From NCBI GenBank assembly GCA_036787815.1, contig DAIQOP010000002.1, positions 1 through 43,430 on the forward strand: a stretch of DNA of 43,430 nucleotides, read 5' to 3'. Each line of letters begins with the position of its first letter. Position 1 is the first letter of the stretch. The notes under the pieces were generated by a model. That model was not told the DNA's origin. It saw only the letters and a list, made by a program, of their open reading frames with translations, and made no database searches. A program made the position numbers and the translations under genes. Below are positions 33,862 through 42,014 of this stretch, piece by piece. Source of the stretch: Actinomycetota bacterium. Lineage in GTDB: Bacteria; Actinomycetota; Acidimicrobiia; IMCC26256; PALSA-610.

Positions 33862-34682
33862 TCCCGCTCCCCCAGCTGAGGTGTGAGGTGCCAGCGTGGC
33901 TCACGACCTTCGGCGAACGCCAGCGGGCCCTCCACCTGGTCGGGGTGCCCCCACATCGACACCAGCTCGGCCGCACCCGCCCGGCAGGCATCGGTGAGGC
34001 CGGTCTCGAGCGCGCCCCAGAGGGCCCGCTTGGTGGCCCGCATCGCGGCAGGCGAGTTCTTCGCGATCTTCTCGGCCAGCGCCTGCGCCTCGTCCTGCAG
34101 GCGATCGGGCGGGTCGACGATCTGGCTGATCATGCCGAGCTCGTACGCGCGCGCCGCGGAGAGCCGCTCGTAACGGCCGACGAACGCCATGCGCATGACC
34201 GCCTCGACCGGCATCTTGCGCAGCAGGCCGATGGCCTCGATCGCCACCACCTGACCGACCGATACGTGCGGGTCGAAGAACTGCGCGTCGGAGGCGGCGA
34301 TCACGATGTCGGCGTCGGCGACCCAGTGGAACCCACCACCCGCGCAGATGCCGTTGACGGCGGTGATCACCGGCTTCCACACCTGCTGGTGCCACGCCGT
34401 GAAGTGCAGGTCGAAGTCGGCGACCGAATCGCGGTAGCGCTCCATGCCGAGACCGTCGGTCGCGATCTCGGTGACGTCGACACCGGTCTGGAACGCGCGG
34501 CCGTTGCCCGTGTGCACGATGACGCGCACTTCCGGGTCGGCGTCGAGCTCCTTCCACGCGATCGCGAACTCGTCGCGCATCTGGGCCGACATCGCGTTGA
34601 GCCGATCGGGGCGGTTGTTGATGAGCCAACCGACCGGCCCGCGGCGCTCCACGATGAGGCAGTCGAACGAGGAGTAGGGCAA
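33858..34682 (-). CDS. crotonase-superfamily protein, non-canonical active site (paralog B)
   Basis: 274 aa. AVNGICAGGGFHWVADADIVIAASDAQFFDPHVSVGQV. TTG start with GGAAGG 8 nt upstream. Aligns along its full length with the upstream paralog. Confidence 0.85.
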   Translation of the reverse strand: MPYSSFDCLIVERRGPVGWLINNRPDRLNAMSAQMRDEFAIAWKELDADPEVRVIVHTGNGRAFQTGVDVTEIATDGLGMERYRDSVADFDLHFTAWHQQVWKPVITAVNGICAGGGFHWVADADIVIAASDAQFFDPHVSVGQVVAIEAIGLLRKMPVEAVMRMAFVGRYERLSAARAYELGMISQIVDPPDRLQDEAQALAEKIAKNSPAAMRATKRALWGALETGLTDACRAGAAELVSMWGHPDQVEGPLAFAEGREPRWHLTPQLGERE

Positions 34683-34685
34683 CGG

Positions 34686-35528
34686 TCAGCCTTCCGATCG
34701 GTTGGTCGGGGTAGCGGTGGGGCCCGCGGGTTCGAGCGGCTGCCATCGGGGCTCGCGGCGCTCGACGAAGGCCAGGGGGCCTTCTTCCTGATCGGGATGT
34801 CCCCACATCGAGACGATCTCGGCCGCGCCGGCGCGGCACGCGTCGGTGAGGCCGAGCTCGAGCGCGCCCCAGAGCGCGCGCTTCGTCGCCCGCATCGCCG
34901 ACGGCGAGTTCTGCGCGATCCTCTCCGCGAGCCCCTGGGCCTCGTCGCGCAGGCGTTCCGGCGGATCGACCACCTGGCTCAGGATGCCAAGCTCGAACGC
35001 GCGCGCGGCCGAGAGGCGTTCGTGCCGGCCGGTGAGGGCCATGCGCATGATCGCCTCCATCGGCGACTTCCGCACGAGCGCGATCGCCTCGTACGCCGTC
35101 ACCTGCCCGATCGACACGTGCGGGTCGAGGAAGGTCGCGTTCGCCGACGCGATCACGATGTCGGCGTCGGCGACGAAGTGCAGGCCGCCGCCCGCGCACA
35201 CACCGTTGACCGCCGCGATCACCGGCTTCCACACCCCGTTGTGCCACGCCGTCAGGCGGAGCTCGGCGCGCTTCGTGCGCCGCGACTGCTCGCGCAGCGC
35301 TTCGGGATTCCGGCTCAGCTCGACGACATCGAGCCCGGTTTGAAAGGCGTTTCCGGCCCCGGTGTTGACGATCACCCGCACGTCGGGATCGGCGTCGAGC
35401 TCGGCCCACGCGCGTTCGAGCTCGGCGAGCATCACCGAGTTCATCGCGTTCGCGACCTCGGGACGGTTGAACTCGAGCCACCCGACGGCCCCGCGCCGCT
35501 CGACGATGAGCGTCTCGTACGTGCTCAC
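34686..35528 (-). CDS. crotonase-superfamily protein, non-canonical active site (paralog A)
   Basis: 280 aa. AVNGVCAGGGLHFVADADIVIASANATFLDPHVSIGQV. GTG 35528 overlaps the upstream stop (GTGA). Confidence 0.88.
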   Translation of the reverse strand: MSTYETLIVERRGAVGWLEFNRPEVANAMNSVMLAELERAWAELDADPDVRVIVNTGAGNAFQTGLDVVELSRNPEALREQSRRTKRAELRLTAWHNGVWKPVIAAVNGVCAGGGLHFVADADIVIASANATFLDPHVSIGQVTAYEAIALVRKSPMEAIMRMALTGRHERLSAARAFELGILSQVVDPPERLRDEAQGLAERIAQNSPSAMRATKRALWGALELGLTDACRAGAAEIVSMWGHPDQEEGPLAFVERREPRWQPLEPAGPTATPTNRSEG

Positions 35529-37009
35529 GAGACCTCCCGTCGCGACTCGCTCAGGCCGTCGGCCAGGACTCGGCGCAAGACCTTGCCGACCTCGCTGCGC
35601 GGCAACTCCTCGACCCGGTGGAACGCGGCGGGCACCTTGTACGGCGCGAGGTGCTCACGGCAGACCGCGCGCAACGCGTCGTCGGTCACGGCCGCGCCCC
35701 GCTCCGGAGCGACGACGACGAACGCCACCGGCACCTCACCCAGTCGTTCGTCGGCCACGCCGACGACCGCGGCATCGGCGACGCCGGGCGTGAGCCGCAG
35801 CACCTCCTCGACCTGATCGGGGTACACCTTGTTGCCGCCGCGGTTGATCACGTCGCCGGCGCGACCTTCGATCCACACGAACCCGTCGGCGTCGATGCGA
35901 CCGAGGTCGCCGGTGTCGAGGTGACCCTCGGCGTCGAGCCGCCCGCCGAAGTCGCCACCGGTCGCCTCACCGGCCGCCATCGACGGTGCCCGCACGAGCA
36001 TGCGGCCGACCTCGCCCGGTGCAACCGGCTCGCCGCGCTCGTCGGCGATCTTGACGTCGACACCGGGATGCGGACGACCCAGGGCACCCAGCTTCTCGGG
36101 ATGCTCGCGCGCGTCGAGCGCGGTCCACCCGATCACCTCGCCGATCTCGGCCTGGCCGTAGCCGTTGAGCACGACGACACCGAACTTGTCGATGAAGCGG
36201 CGGGCCTGGAGCGGCGAGAGCGGGGCGGTGATGCTGCGCACGTAACGCAGTGGCGCGAGGTCGGCAACACCCGGGTCGTCGGCGAGCATCGTGATCGCGG
36301 CGGGAGGCAACACCGTCGAACGGATCGCGAAACGGGAGACGAGGTCGGCGAACGCGGCGGTGTCGAAGCGGTCCATCACCACCACCGCCGCGCCGACCCG
36401 CAGGCCGAACAGCACGTTGTAGATACCCGCGTTCAGCGCGAGCGAGACCGGGATGAGGTTCGGCGACGGTGTGCGCCCGGGTCCGGCCGCGTTGGCGCTC
36501 GGCGAGGTCTTCAGCGAACCGACGACGCGGTCGAGCAGCTCGAAGTACGACGAATGCGTGTGCAGGATCGGCTTCGGTGCGCCGGTGGTCCCCGAGGTCC
36601 ACATGACGAACGCGGTATCGAGTGGGTACACGCGCGGTCCGGGCCCCGCCACTTCGATCGTGGCGCCGCGCACGATCGCGGCCGGGCGCGTCGCCTCGAC
36701 CACGCGCGCGACCTCGGGTTCGGGCGCCCGCGGGTTGACGGGCACGAACACCGCGCCCGCAAGCCACACTCCGAACATCGTCGTGATGGCGTGCGGGCCG
36801 TCGGGCACCTGTACCGCAACCGCGTGACCGGGCGCGACCCCGACTTGACGCAAGCGGGTCGCAAGCTGCGCCGCCTCGCCTCGAGCCTCGCCCGCAGTGA
36901 GCGTCTCGACGTTGGAGTGCAGCAGCGGCTCGGCGTCGGCGAACGGATGGTGCGTCAGCAGCGACGCCAACGATTCGGGAACCGTCACGATCTCGGCACG
37001 TCTTCCCAC
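35525..37009 (-). CDS. AMP-dependent acyl-CoA synthetase/ligase
   Basis: 494 aa. AMP-binding motif MWTSGTTGAPKPILHTH, GYGQAEIG, and C-terminal YKVPAAFHRVEELPRSEVGKVLRR. The alternative GTG start at 36988 would give a GTGA overlap with the upstream stop. Confidence 0.9.
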   Translation of the reverse strand: MGRRAEIVTVPESLASLLTHHPFADAEPLLHSNVETLTAGEARGEAAQLATRLRQVGVAPGHAVAVQVPDGPHAITTMFGVWLAGAVFVPVNPRAPEPEVARVVEATRPAAIVRGATIEVAGPGPRVYPLDTAFVMWTSGTTGAPKPILHTHSSYFELLDRVVGSLKTSPSANAAGPGRTPSPNLIPVSLALNAGIYNVLFGLRVGAAVVVMDRFDTAAFADLVSRFAIRSTVLPPAAITMLADDPGVADLAPLRYVRSITAPLSPLQARRFIDKFGVVVLNGYGQAEIGEVIGWTALDAREHPEKLGALGRPHPGVDVKIADERGEPVAPGEVGRMLVRAPSMAAGEATGGDFGGRLDAEGHLDTGDLGRIDADGFVWIEGRAGDVINRGGNKVYPDQVEEVLRLTPGVADAAVVGVADERLGEVPVAFVVVAPERGAAVTDDALRAVCREHLAPYKVPAAFHRVEELPRSEVGKVLRRVLADGLSESRREVS

Positions 37010-38262
37010 GCCGCGTCGGCGTAGGGATCGGGCTCACGCGGGAGGCCGAGCACCTTCTCGCCGATGATGTTCTTGTTCACCTCGGTCGTGCCGCCCTCGA
37101 TCGTGTTCGCGCGGCTGCGCAGCATGCCGCGTACCTCGAACGGCAACGCCCGCGCCCACGCGTCGGGATCGGAGCCTTCGGAGGTCGGCCATGCCGCGGC
37201 GCCGGGCCCGAGGAGCTCGGCCGCGGCCATCTGGATCCGTTGGTTCAGCGCCCCCTGGTGCACCTTGCCGATCGACGCGGCGGGCCCGGGGGTCGACCCG
37301 GCTCGCACCGCGGCCCGCACGCGTTGATTCGTCGACCCGCGGATGCGCTCTTCGGAGAGCAACGCGGCGAGCCGGTTGCGCACGTGCGGGTCGTCGGTCC
37401 GCCCGAGCTCCCGCGCGCGGCGGATCACCCGCTCGATCCCCGACCCGCCGATGCGGTCCACACCTCCCGAACCGGAGCCCGACACCATCTGCCGTTCGCC
37501 GGCGAGCGTCGCCCCCGCGACCCGCCAGCCTTCGCCGACCGCGCCGACGCGTTGCGCATCGGGAACCCGTACGCCGTCGAGGAACACCTCGTTGAAGTCG
37601 ACCTCTCCGCCGATGTGGCGCAACGGCCGGACCTCGACGCCGGGCGCGTGGAGATCGACGAGGAAGTACGTGAGCCCGCGCCGCTTCGCCAGGCTCGGGT
37701 CGGTGCGCGCGAGGCAGATCGCGAAGTCGGACACGTGCGCCCAGGTGGTCCACACCTTCTGGCCGGTGACGATCCACTCCTCACCGTCGAGCACCGCGCG
37801 CGTCGCGAGCGACGCGAGGTCGGAGCCCGCGCCCGGCTCACTGAGGAGCTGGCACCATTTCTCGTCGTTGCGCACCAGCGGAGGCAGGAAGCGCAGCCGC
37901 TGGGCCTCGGTGCCGTACGCGAACAGCGCCGGCGCGGCACTGTTCAACCCGAGCGGGTTGAGGCGCCCGAGGTTGTACGGGGCCAGCACCGACTCGACGA
38001 TCTGGGCCTGCGCGGGTGCGAGATCGAGACCGCCGTAGGCCACGGGCCACGTCGAGACGGCGAGCCCCGAATCGGCGAAGCGCGGGTACCAGGCCTCGTA
38101 CTCGTCGCGGCTGCGCACGGTGCGGATGGCGTTGCGGCCACCGCGGGCGGCCGCGTCGCGCCAGGGCCCCGGCACGTGTTCGTCGACCCAGCGCGCGACC
38201 GTCGCGCGGATCTCGTCGTCGGAGGACGACCGGTCCAACGGCAATCGGGCCGTGTCATCCAC
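36985..38262 (-). CDS. acyl-CoA dehydrogenase
   Basis: C-terminal 425 codons of track ORF 36985..39612(-). WPVAYGGLD, LSEPGAGSDLASL, WTTWAH, and TIEGGTTEVNKNIIGE with the catalytic Glu position conserved. GTG start at 38262. Confidence 0.88.
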   Translation of the reverse strand: MDDTARLPLDRSSSDDEIRATVARWVDEHVPGPWRDAAARGGRNAIRTVRSRDEYEAWYPRFADSGLAVSTWPVAYGGLDLAPAQAQIVESVLAPYNLGRLNPLGLNSAAPALFAYGTEAQRLRFLPPLVRNDEKWCQLLSEPGAGSDLASLATRAVLDGEEWIVTGQKVWTTWAHVSDFAICLARTDPSLAKRRGLTYFLVDLHAPGVEVRPLRHIGGEVDFNEVFLDGVRVPDAQRVGAVGEGWRVAGATLAGERQMVSGSGSGGVDRIGGSGIERVIRRARELGRTDDPHVRNRLAALLSEERIRGSTNQRVRAAVRAGSTPGPAASIGKVHQGALNQRIQMAAAELLGPGAAAWPTSEGSDPDAWARALPFEVRGMLRSRANTIEGGTTEVNKNIIGEKVLGLPREPDPYADAAWEDVPRS

Positions 38263-38269
38263 GACGAAT

Positions 38270-38275
38270 ATTGTA
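38270..38275 (-). promoter_or_regulatory. candidate -10 box TACAAT, 7 nt before GTG 38262 (leaderless-type)
   Basis: The minus strand reads CCCTACAATATTCGTCGTGGAT. This is the best -10 match in the window. Confidence 0.45.
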
Positions 38276-38322
38276 GGGGCCACTGCTCGGAGACCCCGAA
38301 GGCCGGCATCGGAGGCAAGCGC

Positions 38323-39636
38323 GTGGCGGACGGCGGGGAGAGCAGCGGTCGGGTGGGCGGGGGGATCACCGACGAAGGGGTCGAACGGCTCCGGGCGCGC
38401 ATCGGGATCGCGCAGCCGCACCCCCAGCCTCCGCACTACCGCTTCCCGAACGAAGACGCGTTCCGCCACGTCGCACACTCCTACGGCGACGACAACCCGC
38501 TGTGGTGCGACCCCGACTACGCATCGACCTCGCGTTGGGGCGGGCCGATCGCCCCACCGAACCTCGTCGGTGGCGACACGCTCATCGGCGACAACGAGGT
38601 CACCCGGCTCGACGACGACGCGAAGGCCCTGCTGAAGGGCGACCCGCTCGGGGGCGCCCACGCGTTCTACTCGGGCAGCTTCCGCGAATGGTGGGAACCG
38701 CTCCGCCCCGGCTCGCGGGTGACGCGCCGGAACGCGCTCGTCGGGGTGCACGACAAGCGCAGCGAGTTCGCCGAACGCGCGGTCCACGAGTGGACGGCCG
38801 AGGTGTTCGCCACCCGCGATCCCGACGCGGTGCTCTGCGCGCAGTACCGGCTCATGATCCGCACCGAGCGCACGAAGGCGCGCGAGCGCGGCAAGTACGA
38901 CGAGACGGTGATCGAGCCCTACACCGACGAGCAGCTCGCGGCGATCGACGCGGTCTACGCAACGGAGCCCGAACGGCGGCGCGGGGCGACGCCTCGATGG
39001 TGGGAGGACGTCGAAGAGGGCGACGAGGTGGGCCCGATCGTGAAGGGACCGCTCCGCGTCACCGACATGGTGTGCTGGCACGCGGGCATGGGAATGGGGC
39101 TCTACGGCGTCAAGGCGCTCCGGCTCGGCTACCAGCAGCGGCAGCGGGTGCCGCGCTTCTTCCGGCCCGACGACCTCAACGTGCCCGACGTGCAGCAGCG
39201 CGTGCACTGGGACGCCGAATGGGCCCGCCGGGCCGGCAACCCCGCGATCTACGACTACGGGCGGATGCGCGAGACCTGGCTGGTGCACCTCTGCACCGAC
39301 TGGATGGGCGACGACGCGTGGTTGTGGAAGCTCGACTGCCAGTTCCGCCGCTTCAACTACGTCGGCGACACGCACTGGATGCGGGGTCGCGTCGTCCGCA
39401 AGTTCCTTGCCGAGGGCGATCGTCCCGCGGTCGAGCTCGAGTGCCACGGCGAGAACCAGCGCGGCGAGATCACGACACCGGGCCACGCGACGATCCTGCT
39501 GCCGAGTCGTGAGCACGGAGCCGTGCGGCTCCCCGACCCGCCCGGCGGTGCCCGCACAACCGAGCAGGCCCTCCGCGCCCTCGTGGAGCGATTCCACGAC
39601 GGCGAACCACATGCGTACGCGACCGATGTGACGTAA
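38323..39636 (+). CDS. double hotdog-fold acyl dehydratase (MaoC N-terminal-like plus MaoC-like)
   Basis: C-terminal 437 codons of track ORF 37240..39636(+). GTG 38323 has GGAGG 7 nt upstream. The sequence DDNPLWCDPDYA... and the length fit fused two-hotdog dehydratases. The family call is by eye. Confidence 0.75.
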   Translation: MADGGESSGRVGGGITDEGVERLRARIGIAQPHPQPPHYRFPNEDAFRHVAHSYGDDNPLWCDPDYASTSRWGGPIAPPNLVGGDTLIGDNEVTRLDDDAKALLKGDPLGGAHAFYSGSFREWWEPLRPGSRVTRRNALVGVHDKRSEFAERAVHEWTAEVFATRDPDAVLCAQYRLMIRTERTKARERGKYDETVIEPYTDEQLAAIDAVYATEPERRRGATPRWWEDVEEGDEVGPIVKGPLRVTDMVCWHAGMGMGLYGVKALRLGYQQRQRVPRFFRPDDLNVPDVQQRVHWDAEWARRAGNPAIYDYGRMRETWLVHLCTDWMGDDAWLWKLDCQFRRFNYVGDTHWMRGRVVRKFLAEGDRPAVELECHGENQRGEITTPGHATILLPSREHGAVRLPDPPGGARTTEQALRALVERFHDGEPHAYATDVT

Positions 39637-39640
39637 CCCG

Positions 39641-40372
39641 CTAGAGCTGGTCGGCGTAGGTGTCGGTCCCCGGCACCGTCGCGAAGAACGGGCTCGCGAA
39701 TCCGAACTCGCCGCGGAGTGTCGCGAGCGCGGGCACGGCGCGGCGCCGCCACACGTCGAGCACGTCGCCGTCGACGAACGCCAGTATCAGCAGATGCGGC
39801 GCGGGCTCGCCGAGCACCGAGACGAGCAGCCGTTGCCGGCGAAGGCCGACCACCAGCGGGATCCCCTCACCGGCCAGGTCGTTCGCCCAACCTTCGGCCG
39901 CGGTGTCGTCGCCGGTGATCGCGACTGCCACCAGTCCCGTCGCACCATCGTCGAGCGCGACACACGAGGGTGGGGCGCCGGCGGCTCGCGCCTCCCAGAC
40001 GAAGTCGTAGACCGCGGTGTGCAGATGGTCGCGGCCGGCGAACATGCGATCCTCGCGCCGCAGCATCTCCATCTGCGGGCCGATCCACGCGTCCCACGCG
40101 GGTTGCGCGCCCGGAAGCAGCCACGCGACCGACAGGTACGACCCCGTACCCGGATCGCCGAACAGGTCGCCCGGCGGCCGTTCGATCTTGCAGCGGCGCG
40201 TCGCCACGAAGCGCTGCCCGGCGTAGGCGCCCGGCCCGGCCAGCACCGCGGCGGGGAAGTGATCGCGCTCGTACCAGCGGTTGAACTCGAGCTCGGAGCC
40301 GGGATGGGGCTCCATGTACGACACGATCGCCGTACCGATGCCGGCACCCTCGATGTCGCCGGCTTCGGTCAT
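39641..40372 (-). CDS. hypothetical protein (243 aa)
   Basis: Internal ATG 40372 of track ORF 39641..40438(-), starting MTEAGDIEGAGIGTAIVSYMEPHPGSELEFNRWYERDHFPAAV. Possibly a dimeric alpha/beta-barrel-like fold, unverified. Confidence 0.7.
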   Translation of the reverse strand: MTEAGDIEGAGIGTAIVSYMEPHPGSELEFNRWYERDHFPAAVLAGPGAYAGQRFVATRRCKIERPPGDLFGDPGTGSYLSVAWLLPGAQPAWDAWIGPQMEMLRREDRMFAGRDHLHTAVYDFVWEARAAGAPPSCVALDDGATGLVAVAITGDDTAAEGWANDLAGEGIPLVVGLRRQRLLVSVLGEPAPHLLILAFVDGDVLDVWRRRAVPALATLRGEFGFASPFFATVPGTDTYADQL

Positions 40373-40409
40373 GCCTGCCTCACCCTGGATACTGTATGCG
40401 GCCGACCGT

Positions 40410-42014
40410 ATGACGATCCCCGACCACCTCCTCACCATTCCCGGTGTGCTCGCCCGCGCCGCGAGCCTCTACGCGACGAGCGACGCGCTCGTCGACGAAC
40501 GCGACCGGCTCACGTACTCGGGCCTCGCCGCCGACGTCGAGATCACCGCACGCGCGGTCGTGGGGTCGGGAGTGCAGCCGGGCGACCGGGTCGCGATCTG
40601 GGCGCCGAACACCACCGAGTGGGCGATCGCGGCCCTCGCGATCTACTCGGCCGGCGCGGTGCTCGTGCCGCTGAACACCCGGTTCAAGGGGGCCGAGGCG
40701 GCCTACATCCTCGACCGCGCCGACGTGCGGCTCCTCTTCACCGTCACCGACTTCCTCTCCACCGACTACGTCGAGCTGCTGCGCACCGCGGCGCCGGTCG
40801 CGTCGTTGCAGGAGATCGTGGTGTTGCGGGGAACGCCCGCGACCGGAACCGTGGGGTGGCAGGAGTTCCTGCGGCGCGCCGACCGCGTGATCCCCGAAGA
40901 GGTCGCGGCGCGACGCGACACGCTCACCGGAGACGACCTCTCCGACGTCCTCTTCACCTCGGGCACCACCGGCCGCCCGAAGGGAGCGATGCTCACCCAC
41001 GGGGCGAGCGTCCGCGCGTACGAGGCCTGGTCTGATGTCGTCGGGCTGCGCGAGGGCGACCGGTACCTCGTCGTCAACCCGTTCTTCCACGCGTTCGGCC
41101 TGAAGGCCGGGATCCTCGCCAGCATCCTCAAGGGCGCGGCGATCATCCCCCACGCCGTCTTCGACGTCGACGCGGTGATGAAGCGCGCCGCCGAGGAGCA
41201 CGTGTCGATGCTGCCCGGCCCGCCGACCATCTACCAGTCGATCCTCGACCATCCGCACCTCGCCGACTTCGACATGACCTCCCTGCGCCTCGCGGTCACC
41301 GGCGCGGCCGCGGTGCCGGTCGAGCTGATCCGCCGCATGCGCACAGAGCTCGGCTTCGAGACGATCGTCACCGGCTACGGCCTCACGGAGGCCACCGGGA
41401 TCGCGACCATGTGCCGGCACGACGACGATCCCGAGACGATCTCACGCACGGCCGGCCGGGCCATCCCCGGCACCGAGGTGCGCACGGTCGCCGACGACGG
41501 CACGCCCGTCGCGCCCGGCGAGCCGGGAGAGGTCGTCGTGCGCGGCTACAACGTGATGAAGGGCTTCATCCACGACCCGGAGGCCACCGCCGAGGCGATC
41601 GACGCCGACGGTTGGCTGCACACCGGCGACATCGGCGTGCTCGACGAGCGCGGGAACCTCCGCATCACCGACCGCAAGAAGGACATGTTCATCGTCGGCG
41701 GCTTCAACGCGTATCCCGCCGAGATCGAGGGCATGATGCTCGAGCATCCCGGGGTGTCGCAGGTCGCGATCGTCGGCGTGCCCGACACCCGCATGGGCGA
41801 GGTCGGCTACGCGTACGTCGTGCCCCGCCACGGCGCCGCGGTCGCCGCCGACGAGCTGACGGCGTGGTGCCGCGAGCACATGGCCAACTACAAGGTGCCG
41901 CGCGCGGTCGAGATCGTCGACGCGCTCCCACTCAACGCGAGCGGCAAGGTGTTGAAGTACGAGCTGCGCGAACAGGCGCTGCGGGCTAGACCCGCACCGG
42001 GCGCCGGGGCGTGA
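40410..42014 (+). CDS. AMP-dependent acyl-CoA synthetase/ligase
   Basis: Internal ATG 40410 of track ORF 40281..42014(+). LFTSGTTGRPKGAMLTH, GYGLTEATG, TGDIGVLDERGNLRITDRKKD, and YKVPRAVEIVDALPLNASGKVLK. Confidence 0.92.
   Translation: MTIPDHLLTIPGVLARAASLYATSDALVDERDRLTYSGLAADVEITARAVVGSGVQPGDRVAIWAPNTTEWAIAALAIYSAGAVLVPLNTRFKGAEAAYILDRADVRLLFTVTDFLSTDYVELLRTAAPVASLQEIVVLRGTPATGTVGWQEFLRRADRVIPEEVAARRDTLTGDDLSDVLFTSGTTGRPKGAMLTHGASVRAYEAWSDVVGLREGDRYLVVNPFFHAFGLKAGILASILKGAAIIPHAVFDVDAVMKRAAEEHVSMLPGPPTIYQSILDHPHLADFDMTSLRLAVTGAAAVPVELIRRMRTELGFETIVTGYGLTEATGIATMCRHDDDPETISRTAGRAIPGTEVRTVADDGTPVAPGEPGEVVVRGYNVMKGFIHDPEATAEAIDADGWLHTGDIGVLDERGNLRITDRKKDMFIVGGFNAYPAEIEGMMLEHPGVSQVAIVGVPDTRMGEVGYAYVVPRHGAAVAADELTAWCREHMANYKVPRAVEIVDALPLNASGKVLKYELREQALRARPAPGAGA

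Noticed and set aside
36985-39612. 875-aa minus-strand ORF and the 798-aa plus-strand ORF 37240..39636
   Set aside because: Each is a real gene (ACAD 36985..38262; dehydratase 38323..39636) extended through the antisense of its divergent neighbour. The extensions are low-complexity and lack homology features.
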